DNA of 64,000 nt, from assembly GCF_004010195.1 (NCBI RefSeq), contig NC_057718.1, forward strand, positions 81,229,912 through 81,293,911, written 5' to 3'. Shown one piece after another: positions 26,611 to 38,890 of this stretch (the first letter of the stretch is position 1; every line of letters begins with the position of its first letter). Source of the DNA: Chiloscyllium plagiosum (taxonomy: Eukaryota). The translations under genes were made by a program, and so were the position numbers. Under the pieces are notes generated by a model. The model saw only the letters and a list, made by a program, of their open reading frames with translations, did not search any database and was not told the DNA's origin.

Positions 26611-28309
26611 GAAAGTAATATGCACCACAATATTCAGCTGGGTTAATCAGTCATGTTAATGATTTTGTTAAACAGGGAGAAGCATTCACAGTACTTCAGG
26701 TCATGCTATAGTTGCTGAAAAATGTCTTTGGACAAAGACACTTGTGTTGCTACTGTGGAAACATCAGGCGATATGTTATTTTTTCTCAAAGTCATTGAAA
26801 TAAGGGTCAGTGGCCACAATCACTGCTGCTTCAAGTGCTTCACCATTTGCCAATTATTTCTATTTTATTTGCCAGTAAATGGCAAATGTGAAATGATCAT
26901 TGTAGGCTTTAGCTTTTGCTATCTGGTTTTAAAAAAAAGATTGTTGAGCTTTCACAAAGGCCTTCAGCTTGTATATTTGCTTTTCTCAAAGCATGCTGTT
27001 CAAGGGAAAATCATCCTTGAGTTTACTGTGCACCAGTGTTTGGTGTCATTCCAAATTCCCCTTTTTAATTATCAATGTACTTTAGTCACATAGGGCAAGT
27101 GCTCTTATGTTTTACAGTTGTGAACAAGAATTTAATTATATTCCTTTTTCTGTGGAAGTTGTACATTTTTGGTCTTTTTTAGGTTCATCATTTGTCATAT
27201 TAAAATAAATAACTGCAAATGCAGAAAATCTGAATCAAGAACAGAAATTGCTAATGAAACTCAGCAGGCCTGGCAGCATCTGTGAAGAGGAAGTAAGGTT
27301 AACATCTCGAACTCAGGGATCCTTCTTCAGAATGCCAGTTCTTCTTCCTTTCCCTCCTACTTGATATTAATCCCAGGCTCTGCAGTTAGGTGGATAGAGC
27401 CTGTCTTATAGTGGAGCCTGTTGCCTTGGAGTTTTATTCAGGCACCCCTGTGGACGTTTCTAGCTCGAGAGCCTAGTTGTGTTTTGTGTGTCCTGCTGAG
27501 ATGCAGGTGCACCCTCCACAGCTTGGACTCCTATAAGATTGAAGATAACAGGCATATTGGAGGTGGAAGGCTTGATAACTTCTGGAATATACTGAGAGAA
27601 TATTTCAAGAGGGGTCAGTCCATAGGTCCTCCTCTGGCTGGATGGCTACTAGTCCTGCCTTGTCATCTTGTGAGGAAGGGGCACCTGGTCTTCGTCCTTA
27701 ACGCCTTGCTCAGCCCCAATGGCTGGAAAAAAGAGAATTGTTGATCTATGCATGTATCTAGTTGAACCTGAGTATACTGGCTTTCCATTGTTTTCTGCTA
27801 ACCTGTCTGTGGAGGCAGCCAAACCCATTCATTCCAGAGGCAGCATGATACAAACAGCAGAATCCTCCAACCTTCAAGTCGTTTATCCAGTGTCTCTGAC
27901 AAATCTTGCTGCTGCTTCTATATCTGCTTGTGCATTTCTATGAAGCTCTGAACTGCTGACACCATTTAGTCCTGTCCTGTCCTGTCTTGGACTGAGCTAT
28001 TGCCTGGTCTCTCTCTGTCCTCACAGTGCCAGTCAGCTGTGAATACTCACTGAGGTGTGCATATCTGTGCTGGAGAAGGGTGCAAAAGACAGCCTTGCTG
28101 ATGCACGCATTAAGGAAGCTGTGATGACTTTCTGCAAGGTAGAGGAAGAGCTGTCTTGCAGTGCCGTCCTGTGTACGGTGGGAATTATATAGATTTGACA
28201 AGTGCAATTCAGATGACAAAGGAGAGAATAAGAAGTGAAAGTGGGTGAAGACCAGGCGTATAAAGAGTACATATGAGAGCAGCACAGCAATGAATGATTA
28301 TTCTTTCTT

Positions 28310-29340
28310 AGTTGCTGAGACATGGAGATTTCAGCATCAGCACTGGATCTATTGCAGTCCTCTACCACTAGGGCAAAGATCTCATCACGTAGGAGGTGGA
28401 GAGATGACTGTCAGAGACCGCACCACTTGTCTTGGCTTGCTCGGCCTTGTTATGGTCTATTTTCCCCTATAGTGAGAGAAAGGAAAGGGTTAAGTGAAAT
28501 GAAAATGGCTGGCTGTTGGAGCTCATGCAGGTTGTGGAAAAGTAGTGAGGTATCCTGAGCAGTTAAACAATGCAGAGGCCGTTCTGATGGAGAGCAAAAC
28601 ACTATTCACTATCTTGTTCTCAGTCACATGTTGTTCAGTTGGCTGAGAACCAATCTCTCAGTTGTTGGCAAGAAAACAAATGCTGCTGTCAGTGATAACT
28701 AGCTGGTCACTAGTCCAGCTGGTCACTAGACCAATTAACTTGTTGCCAGCCAGCTTCATCTATACACCGAAGCCCTCAGCTCCAATTTATCTGCAGTCAC
28801 TTGAATTATCAAGTGTTCAAATTCTGTTTACGCAATGCTTTCCTTAAGTGTCAGGTTACTTGCTCATCAAATATGCAGCAATCCTTTGAAATAATGGTTT
28901 TCAAACAATCCTTGATAATTTCACTTCATAATGTGAAAAAGGCATAAAAGTAAAAATATGTGGCCTTTACATGAGTAAGGAAAGATATTGCGTATAGTTT
29001 TGAGTGTTGAACCATGAGCCTTGGTGCAAGTTGGGTGCAGTAGCAGAGTTACAGGGAGTGTAAGGAAGCAGGAAGAAGATGGTGGTACTTATCCTCAGGA
29101 AGAAAATTGGGAAGATTGTTGGCATTCTAGTGGCATTTCTGAGCATTTTTCTGAACTGTAAAAATGACTCTGTGCTGAGTAGCAACTTCAGATCAGGCTA
29201 GCAGGATCTGTTAGCACAGTGATTTCTAATGATATTGAAGGAAGAGGACAGACTCCATACACCCCCTGTTCACCAGGACCTCCAGGTCCATGTTGGTGAT
29301 TAGGGGTGCCAGTCTGTCCCAGTCCACCGTTTCCAGGGCC
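28310..29340 (-). pseudogene. Harbinger-type Myb/SANT-like DNA-binding protein gene remnant with an intron
   Basis: Exon 1 reads LAPLITNMDLEVLVNRGCMESVLF...QKNAQKCH*NANNL, with a decayed donor (agg|ataagt, ~29092). Acceptor cttaaccctttcctttctctcactatag precedes exon 2 GKIDHNKAEQAKTSG (from ~28467). Confidence 0.6.
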
Positions 29341-29740
29341 AATCCCCAGAAAAAGGGACTGTGCATGGCATGCTAGTCCAGAATGATGGCACATGACTGA
29401 ACGCACAACTTCATTTTGTATATGATACTGACACCAGAGATCCTGCCTGTAGTGAGAGGGAAGAAATGCTGAGCAGGGTGCCATAAAGGCATGATAATGC
29501 AGTCAGTTTTGGAAAATAGCTTGAGAAATCTGATGGCCTCAAAGAGAGAAGCTGCAATGTTTGACCCTAACTGATTTCTGGTTAAATTCAAAAAGGAAAG
29601 GGTTAAGTGAAATGAAAATGGCTGGCTGTTGGAGCTCATGCAGGTTGTGGAAAGGTAGTGAGGTATCCTGAGCAGTTAAACAATGCAGAGGCCGTTCTGA
29701 TGAAGAGCAAAACACTATTCACTATCTTGTTCTCAGTCAC
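28479..29740 (+). repeat. 149-bp direct repeat pair (28479-28627 and 29592-29740)
   Basis: Direct comparison shows 2 substitutions in 149 bp and no indels. Confidence 0.95.
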
Positions 29741-30089
29741 CTCACCTGTGCCTGCCTGCTCTGCCCCCCCCCCCCCCCCCCCCCAAACCAAAAAAGCCAT
29801 CCTGTTAATAATGTTCTTGCAGGAGGCCTGGAAAGTGTGTATGTGCTTAGCTTTTTGATTTCTTTTGCACAAGGTTCTTTGCCCAGTGCTAGCAAAATAA
29901 AAGTTAGATTCTATCCACATTCCAACTAGCACAATGCAAGAACCTGATTTATGTGATGAACTCTTTAGTCTGTACCGTTTCCAGATAAATTGATTACATT
30001 TGATGTGTGACATGAGACCAAGTTTCACTTTGTGTAACCAATTGCAAATGTTGTAACATTTAGCTAGTGTTGGCATGATGAATGGTGAC

Positions 30090-30240
30090 ACTGGCACAAC
30101 ACCATGCTGACTTGCTCTGTTCTCAATTCTGTTTTCAAATGATGAAACTACTTGATGACAGAGATTTTCATCAATGAAGACCTTCTGCATGGTGATGGTT
30201 GACCTGACCAAGGCTTTTGATTCCAGTGATAGTGGAGTTT
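30090..30240 (+). mobile_element. RTE-type LINE RT fragment
   Basis: FCMVMVDLTKAFDS motif. Confidence 0.5.
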
Positions 30241-30723
30241 ATTTGCCCTTTCCTATTGAATGGCAAAGGAGTTAACAGGGCATGTAACGAGTGCCTGCAT
30301 ACAGAGAATAAATGGAGCTGATTACATGCATTGTTAAAAAGCTTCTCTTTTCTGTAGTGTTCCTGATATTTGCATTGGTAATTGTAATGAGAACCAAGTA
30401 ATTCAGAGTTATTTTAAATGTTGCATGGAAAGTAATCATCTTAAAAGAAAGGAAAAGGATGGTGTTGAATGTTAAGGTTCTCCTCTATTTAATTATAGGC
30501 ATGGTGACTGAGCAGTAAATTTCTGGCTGTATAGTAACGAAATGAATGTGACCCTGAAATGTCAGATCTATGTTGCTGGAGCAGTACATTGGCACGGAGA
30601 GAATTTAGCAATGCTGTGCATTGCACTGATAAGGGAGAGAACCAAAAAAGCTGTTAATTACCTGTTTTGTTTGATGTGGAAACTAGCAGTTCTACAATTT
30701 CTTCCCATCAGTGACAGTACAAT

Positions 30724-31013
30724 GGGGTGGCACAGTGGTTAACACTGCTGCCTCACAGCGCCAGAGACCCGGGTTCAATTCCCGCCTCAGGTAAATGTCT
30801 GTGTGGAGTTTGCACATTCTCCCCGTGTCTCCGGTTTCCTCCCACAATCCAAAGATGTGCAGGTTAGGTGAATTGGCCATGCTAAATTGCCCGTAGTGTT
30901 AGGTGAAGGGGTAAATGTAGGGGAATGGGTCTGGGTGGGTCCCTCTTTGGAGGGTCAGTGTGGACTTGGTGGGTCGAAGGGCCTGTTTCCATAACGTAAG
31001 TAATCTAATCTAA
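30724..31013 (+). mobile_element. V-SINE (HE1-like)
   Basis: A box TGGCACAGTGG at 30728-30738, B box GGTTCAATTCC at 30772-30782, V-domain and (AATCT)n tail. Confidence 0.9.
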
Positions 31014-33475
31014 ATACTCAATCAAAAGTTATATTAACAGTGATAATGTTCTCCTTTATCTAGCTAGCAAGACAGGAGGTGAAGAATATGAACGGGATAT
31101 TGTCAGCTGCTGAAAACTTGTCTTGTAAGAGGGAGTGAAGAGCTGTTATTCAAATGTTGTCTTATATTTTTGTATGGCTTTAAAATAATTGATTTATTTT
31201 ATGATAGCTGTTTTCTTCAAAAAATATTCCATCTCTGAGCCTGCTAAGGGGATTATTTTTTAAATGTCCTTTGTTCAAAAACTCATTACTGTTTTAAGTT
31301 ATTCAGTGTCATGTGACTGAACCATCTGTGTGAGAGAGAGAGAGGAGTGATACTGAAAATTTCACTTGTATGAAATAACTCACAAACTGATCTTTCTCTG
31401 GGACGTGAAATACTATTAACTGCAAACTAGCTAAATCATCAAAAGAAATTCCAAGAGTGAAGTAGTAGGTGGAATTTTGCAGTGTTATGGTTTGAGAGCC
31501 GATTGTTCCTTTTGAGGGGAGATTTTTGCTTAAGACTTGTTGCAACAAGAGCTTTACTAAAATCTATATTCATGGTTTATTTCTTGTGTTGTCTTTTTCA
31601 TCCTCACCTGTAGAACTAGATAGAAGTCTTGAATTTTTTCTCCTGTTGGTGGGCAAAAAGCTCTGGTGAATATTGCATTTCTTAAAACATGCATGTGCAG
31701 ATTTTATTTCTCCTAATTGCTGGTGCGCATTAGAGGCTTATGTTTACTGTCAGTCTTTACAGTTTCTTTTGGAAGTTGCACAGAATTTTTGAATGATGTC
31801 ATGATATTTTACATTCAAATTATTCAAGAAATTATTCAGAAATTTGCACTGATGGAAGCAATAGCAACCCGCATCACTGTTGAAAATAAAATATTGGAGG
31901 GCAGATTGTACTAAAGTTCCTGTAAAAATTAGTATTTTGAGACATGGTAATTCTAGCAACCTTAGAAGACTCTAGAGCGATGGTTCCCAAGGGTTTCTAT
32001 CACTGGATTTCTTAAGAACTTCATTATCACTGAATCATGTGACTACTAAAACCATAGAAGGCAAACTAGATGGGCCATTGTCTTTATTTACTCAAAAGTG
32101 CCTATTTTTAAAGTAGGAGTGCACAATAGAATCAAATGCAAAATCTTTTCCTGAAAAGTGCATTAGTTTTAGTTTATGCATATGTTTAAAAATTGTTTCT
32201 CTTTCATAATGGTTTCTGTTGTTGTGTCTACAAACATGCCACTGTTAAGTGTTCACAGCAAGCCTCAAGTTTGTTGTCTGCCTTCCTACAATCCAGTTGA
32301 ACCAGGAAGAAGGTAAAAAGAAAGCCAAGAAATCACCCCATCCATTCAAGTGCTGGTATGCTGCACATTAGGGTACCTCTGAGATTTTTAAATAACTTGT
32401 GCTCTAAATCATCCCCAGGGATATATCAAGAAAGAAAATATATACCTGATATTAAAAGAACAATAGCGTAGTTGTCAAAATGACTTAAATAAATTAAAGG
32501 TTATGAAGTGCTTGTTGGTTTTCAGGGCCAGTATTCATCATTTTTATTTGTACCAGTGTGTGAATAAGTTCAATCCAGAGTACAGTTATTTATAAGTATC
32601 TAATTGGATTTGCTATTTTTAAAAAAATCTGCTCAGTGTTCTGTGTGTATTGAGCAATGTATTTTATCACAATATACTATCTTAGTTGAAGGATGAATTC
32701 TGAGTAGCTATAAGAAAGCAAATAGCTTGTTTGTCATGCCCGTAAAGGTTTAAAGTGCTTTCTATGAACTTACTGCTCAGTTTTTCTTTCATTGTCATGC
32801 ATGTGAGTAGAAACATATTGACAGTTTAGTAGCAATTGATTCACCAAGTACCAACCTACTGTAATTCAAAGAATTAGCAGGTAAACTAGACAAACTGTAG
32901 AGATAAAAGAAAAATGATGGCATTTCTAGCTCTTCCAACTTCCTTTCTTGTACAATCATTAAACTTCTAAAGCCAAAAATTGGCAACATCCATTCACTAT
33001 TTCATATATCATTTCCACAAATCTACACCAAGGTTGAAATGTAGAAATCTAGGTTTTCATCTTGCTCTCATCATAAATGTTAACTCTGTTTGTCTCCCAC
33101 ATATGATACCAACATGTCTCTCACATTTAGTTTTATTTCGAGTCTGACAGCGCATGACATGAGTTATTATCTACATTGCCCACACCAAAAGTAAATATGT
33201 AGTGGTGGACATTCAACTACTTTTATGGAAGCAAGTTTTTGCACTGACAATCCCAAAATTCATCTATTAACTTCCTAACGCCAAACTTCCCACTGGCCAG
33301 TCAGGTAGGTGCCAAAAGCCAGGACTTTTGATCAATCTGTTCAGAACTGTTATGACAATTCTGGAACAGGTGGGCCTTCTGGCACAGAAGGAAGGAACCT
33401 ATCATTGTGCCAGTGAACCCAAACACTTTAATATGGTTTATGTTAATAGAAAGGGATTAGCAAGTTTTATATGAC

Positions 33476-34415
33476 TTTTATGGCCAGGCCTGAAAATTGA
33501 TTGCAGGTTGATTCTTGATCAAAATGCTCCATAGATATTGCTGCATTGGAGAAAGCAGTATGTTCAGTCAGATGGAAGACAATTGGCCAGTAATGAAGTT
33601 AATACCAGCATGTCTGGAAGGGAACATGATGGTTAAACAAAAGGTATGGCCAGAGAGTTTGAAATGGTTTTTGTGTTTTAGCATGAAGTTTATCAGCCAT
33701 TGGAAGTTCAGCAAATAAAAACTAGGTTGTAAGTGTTACTGAAGCTTCTTCAGAATGAATTGAAAAGGTGACCCTGATTAATGTCATTATCGGAAAATCA
33801 ACTGAGAAACATTCACACAACACCAGGTTATAGTCTAAATGGTTTAATTGGAAGCACTAGCTTTCAAAGTGCTGTTCCTTCACCAGGTGGTTGTGGACTT
33901 GATGAAGGAGCAGTACCCCGAAAGCTAGTGTTTCCAATTAAACCTGTTGGACTATAACCTGGTGCTGTGTGATTTTTAACTTTGTACACTGGCATCTCCA
34001 AGTCATGAGAAACTATATATATGTCTGGGTATCAACACATTGTGAAAACCACTTCAGTCATTGGCAGCGTTTTTTTTTCTTTATTCTTTTAACTGTGTTT
34101 GTTCGTCTGTCTTTTGTGTGAATGAGGCTGAAAAGAAAGGTTATCAGGTTTAAATCACAGACATCTATTAGATTACTTTGCTATTTAATTTTATTCTGAT
34201 AAAGTTACTGCATTATTAATAGATGTCTTTTGTTTAAATGACCTATCCAGAGTCGAGAATTGATTATTCAAAGTCTGGGACTGGCTCTTCAAAGAGTCTA
34301 ATTAGGAAGCATTGGGGTAAATTTTAAGGGTCTTCAAAGGTTTTAGTTTTCTAGTTTCATGAATACAAAGGATAAGAACGCTCGTTTGATTAGGCTGTCT
34401 GACTCGGTTGTAACA
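33476..34415 (+). mobile_element. Possible decayed solo LTR hosting a PLE insertion
   Basis: Ends with CGGTTGTAACA and has LTR-like composition. The 5' TG and a TSD are not clear. Confidence 0.3.
33811..34005 (+). mobile_element. PLE family A fold-back element with two opposed, decayed hammerhead cores
   Basis: ~75-bp inverted arms, TSD TGAGAAAC (33803-33810 and 34006-34013), TTGATGAAGGAGCAGTACCCCGAAAGCTAGTG at ~33899-33930. Confidence 0.9.
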
Positions 34416-34882
34416 TAATAATCCATTGTATCATCTTTTAATCCATAATTATTTCAGATTAATAATGGTGAACCTCAGTTAGTTCAAATAGCAGATTTGG
34501 AGTTATGACTGGTTCAGCAAGAATAAAATTAAAATAATATCAAAAATCGGTGAGGGCTTTAAAAAAATAATGAAACAGAGAGAGTGACACAAACATTTTC
34601 GAAAACTCATTTTCCTATCACAGAGCGTTTCTGTCTACAGTCTAACATTTTGAAAGATGAGTATTTATTCTAAAGGCAGACTTTTGTACATTTTAATTAT
34701 GACTATGATATTGCTTAAACAAGGGCAGGATTTGCAATCTAACATTATCATAGAGAAGGAAGAAACAAGAAGACATGAGGGTGGGGGCTAGTGACAATCC
34801 AGTTCAAAATCATTTCAGTGCACCAGTCTTTGTTAATTTTTAAATGTCATTATCACAGATATCCAGAGTAGGTTCAAGGGGG

Positions 34883-35333
34883 TGTGAGAAACAGAACTCA
34901 CTCACAAATCAAACAGCCTGAGACAAAGCCTCGGAAACAAGAACAATTTATTACAGCCTTGCAAGGACCGGACGCTTCTGCTTTCAAGCAGAAATGCGCG
35001 CGAAAACAGAGCATGTTCGCTTTCTTATTCAGTTTACAAGTTGCGGAATCACGCCTCCCTTTTCCCATCCTATCATAAGCCGATTACCTTACTTGTTAGT
35101 TATTTTCTTATCTGGCCATCCTGCTGTCCTTGTCTGCATTCTTTGTTCCTTGTTTGTTACAGCTTGTTCTTTTATCCAGTTTCTCTTATCATACTATAAG
35201 CTTTATTGTGAAATGCCCCTACTGCTTCTTTTTGTGGTCAACTACAACATTTTAAAGTTATTTCCTAGCTTAAAACTATTTTCTTTAAAAGACCTTCTAT
35301 ATTCATTAAAGTCTTAGCCTTAAGTATGCTACA
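34883..35333 (-). mobile_element. Young, CpG-retaining LTR-like element
   Basis: TGT...ACA ends, AATAAA on the minus strand near 34947-34952, GCGCGCG retained. No TSD found. Confidence 0.45.
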
Positions 35334-35579
35334 CGCTACAAGAATTAACACCCCATCCTACCCCCCCCCCCCCCACCTGCAAAAAATACATTTCTAATCT
35401 CCCATAAGGGTACTTTATTTATACTTTTTCTACTAAATAAACTGCCGCAGTCTGTTAGCTTAAACAAAATAAGGTTGGGACTCTCGCTCTGTAGTGGGAG
35501 CATTTGGAGGCAAGAAATGTCCCCAGCACAATTAGTATCCTTTAAAGGGAGTAACTACAGAGCTAAAGCTAAAGGGAAA

Positions 35580-38500
35580 TCATGGCAGCAGAGCTTGCAT
35601 TTTTGATATGTTGTTCCTACACAATGTGAGAAGTCATGGACACTTCCTATGTCTCTGGTGACCCTGTGTGCAGGAATTGTGAGAATTGCAGAGACTGGCT
35701 AACTGCATTTCAAAGCTGAAGTTGCAGGTGAACTGACTGTTGAAGCTGAGATTGTTGTGGACAGCATATTCATTGCAGTGGTTAACCTGCAGGAAAAAAA
35801 TTGAATAGGCAGCAAAGGGATGGGTTACCACCAGACAAAGTAAACCAGGTGACCCATGTGGCTCTCCATCTCTCTAAACTATCCTTTTGGATACTTTTGG
35901 GGGAGATAACCTCCTTGGGATAGCAGAGAGAGCCAGAGAAGAAAGAAGAGTACTGGAATTATAATGATAGGGGATTCATTATTAAGTGGAACAGATAGAC
36001 ATTTTTGTAGCTGCAAAAGAGACCTCAGATTAGCATGTTGCATCCTTGGTGTCAAAATCAAAGATGTTTCAGACAGACCATGTAACATTCTGAAGGAGGA
36101 GGGTGAATAGCCAGCGATAATGATACATATTGGTACAGACAAGGCAGGTTTTAAAAAAAGAATGAAGTTCTACAAGCTGGTTGCAGATAAGTAGAATGCA
36201 AGTTTGAAAAGAAGGCCTAAAAGATAGTAAACTAGGGATAAAGTTAAACATCACACAACACTAGGTTATGGCTGAACAGGTTTATTTGGAAGTATAAGCT
36301 TTCAGAACACTGCTCCTTTGTCATAAACCTGTTGCACTCTAACCTGGTGTTGTATGATTTTTAACTTTGTCCACCCCAATCCAATACTGGCATCTCCACA
36401 ATCTGAGGACAGTGCAAGTTACATCTGGACAAGACTGGGACCATGTCCTTGGGGGTTGTTTGATCGTGCTGTCAGAGAGAAATTAAACTGGAATAACAGG
36501 GTTGGAAACCCCTGAACAGTGAGACAGCGTAAGGGAAAGCAAGGATACAAACTTAAGTACAGAAAAGTAAAAAGCAAAAGGCAGAATAAACAAATGGTAC
36601 GAAAATACAAAATAAAGCTAAAATGAATAAGGTTAAGATGATACTTTTGAAGGCTTTATGTTTTAATTTGTGTAGCATTCACAGTAAGAGATTAATTAGC
36701 AACACAAATAGATATAAATGGTTATGATGTAGTTGCGATTACAGAGGCATGGCTGCCAGGTGACCAATGAGAAAAGAATATCCACGGGTTTTCCTTATTT
36801 AGGAAGGATAGACAAAAATGGAAAGGTGGTGGATTTGCATTGTTGGTAAAGGAGTAGTGAGAAGGATATTAGTCTGGGAAATCAGTGTGGCATCTGTATG
36901 GGTGGAAATAAAAATCATTAATGGGTCATAAAACATTGGGTGTTATCTGTAGTCACTGAAAGAGAAGCAGCAATGCAAGGGAAAACATTAAATAGGAGAT
37001 TAGAAATCCATGCATTAAGGGTGCCAATAATCATGGTGACTTTACTTATGACTTGGGCAAACCCATAAACTGTGGAAGAGAATCTCTAGGAGTGTATACA
37101 TTATGAATTTTCTTAAACCGATATGTTGAGGAACAGATGAGAGGTTAAGCTATCCTCGGTTAGGTCTTGTGAATCAAGAAAGCAATAATTACCAGTTTTG
37201 TTATGTATGGTCCGTTGGGGAAGAATGACCAAAATATAATTGAACTTGCTCATTAAGCGAGAGAGTAACGAAGATGAATGCAAAACTAAGGTTCTGAATC
37301 TAAATAAAGGGAACTACAAGGATATGAGGCATAAGTTGGTAATGATCGATTGGGGAACTTAATAAAAGTGTTGGCAGTGGACAGGCAAAGTTTAATATTT
37401 AAGGAACACATGCAAGAATTACAATAGCTATTCATTCCTGTCATTTTCAGAAGTAAAACTTGAAAGATAACTCAACCATGACTTTCAAAAGAAATCAGAG
37501 GTAGTATTAGATCCAAAGAGACAATACGTGAAATTGCCAGAAAAAGCAGCAAGCTTGAGAACTGGGAGCAGTTTAGAATTTGGCAAAAGAGGACCAAAAA
37601 ATTGATCAATTAAGGGGAAGTAGAGTATTAGAGTAAACTTGCAAGGATCATAAACACTGACTAAAAGCCTCTGTAAATCTGCATAGAGAAAAAGATTAAT
37701 GAAGCCCTTACAGTCAGACATGGAAGTAATTATAATGGGGCAGAGGAATTGAACATGCATTTTGTTTCTGTCTTCACAAAAGAGGATGCAAATGAATTCC
37801 CAAAAATGTTAGGGAACGAAGGGTGTACGGAGAGGGAGAAATTGAAGAAAATCAATATTAGTTTAACAAAAAATGCTAGGTGCTCATGCTAAAGATTGAC
37901 ATATCCCCAGGACTTCATAATCTGCATCCCAAAGTATGAAAAGATGTGGCCCTAGAAATATTGGATGTACTGTGGTCATCTTCCAAAATTCTATAGATTC
38001 TGTGCACTTCCAATAGATTAAAGGGTGGTAAATGTAACCATGCTATTTTTTAAAAAAAAAGGGAGAGAAGAAACTAAGAATTTCAGATCAGTTAACCTGA
38101 TGTTAGTAGTGGGAATATTCTAGATATTATAAAACACATGGTAACAGAACATTTAGAACCATTCATGTGAATAGACTAAGTCAATACGGTTTTAACTAAT
38201 CTTATGGAGTCTTTTTTTAAAAAATAGCACGGTAGAACAGATGAGGGAAAAGCAGTGAATGTGGTCCCTTGGATTTCATGGCAGTGTTTGGTAAGGTTCC
38301 CTTCAAGAGGCCAGTGGGCAAAAGTGAAGCACATGGGATTGGGGTAATATGCTGGCATGGATTGAGCATTGGTTGACAGACCAGAGAAACAGAAGAATTT
38401 CTGGATGACAGGCAGTTACTGGTGGGTGTGCACAGAGATTAATACTTGGTTTGCTGATGACACAAAACAAGTTGGGATTGAGAGGAGGCTAAAGGGTGGT

Positions 38501-38890
38501 CTCGACAAGTTGGGTATGTGATCAAATTGATGGCAGATGCAGTACAAAAATGGATAAATATGAATTTGTACATTTTGATAAAACAGGAAGGCATGATGAA
38601 GTATTGAAAGGGTGATATATTAGGATAATGGATATACAAAGGCATCTGGGTGCCTTTGTACTAGTCAGAGGATGGTCAACCCTGTGGAATTCAGTATCGT
38701 GATGGCCTATTGATTGAATATATCAAGAAAGTGAGAGATTAATTCTTAGATACTTGTGGCATTGAGGGGAGTGGAAAGAAAGTGGGAATATGGCAGAGAT
38801 AGAGGATCAACCAAAATCACATTGAATGGCAGAGCAGGCTCAAAGGGCCGAATAGCTCACTCCACTTCCTTGTTTTTATATTTCTATGCA
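35580..38890 (+). mobile_element. Old CR1 LINE spanning ORF1 to the 3' tail, with deletions
   Basis: ORF1 start MAAELA, esterase IIIGDSL and IHIGTD, APE motif VAITEAWL, RT remnants, tail GGGCCGAATAGCTCACTCC. Confidence 0.85.
36238..36401 (+). mobile_element. PLE family A mini fold-back element nested in CR1 ORF1
   Basis: Inverted arms plus tail TTGTCCACCCCAATCCAATACTGGCATCTCC. Confidence 0.85.

Larger units (their letters stand above)
25075..27200 (-). mobile_element. hAT DNA transposon (Charlie/SPIN/GTF2IRD2-like transposase), decayed
   Basis: Minus strand KGTRSEDIY, KKLVSITTDGAPTMPGRNVGF (~26277-26340), a degenerate RWLS..QRFLD and DMISAVKA. TIR-like GTCTCCAACCTTTT at ~25077. Confidence 0.85.

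Noticed and set aside
29188..29484. Gly/Pro-rich, collagen-looking ORF
   Set aside because: There is no sustained Gly-X-Y periodicity. It is an alternative frame of the Myb remnant.
29636..30211. 191-aa minus-strand ORF
   Set aside because: It is a composite of an antisense RTE fragment, a poly-G run and the duplicated 149-mer, with no recognisable domain.
31717..31914. 65-aa ORF as a terminal coding exon
   Set aside because: There is no recognisable homology or linked upstream exon, so it cannot be supported.
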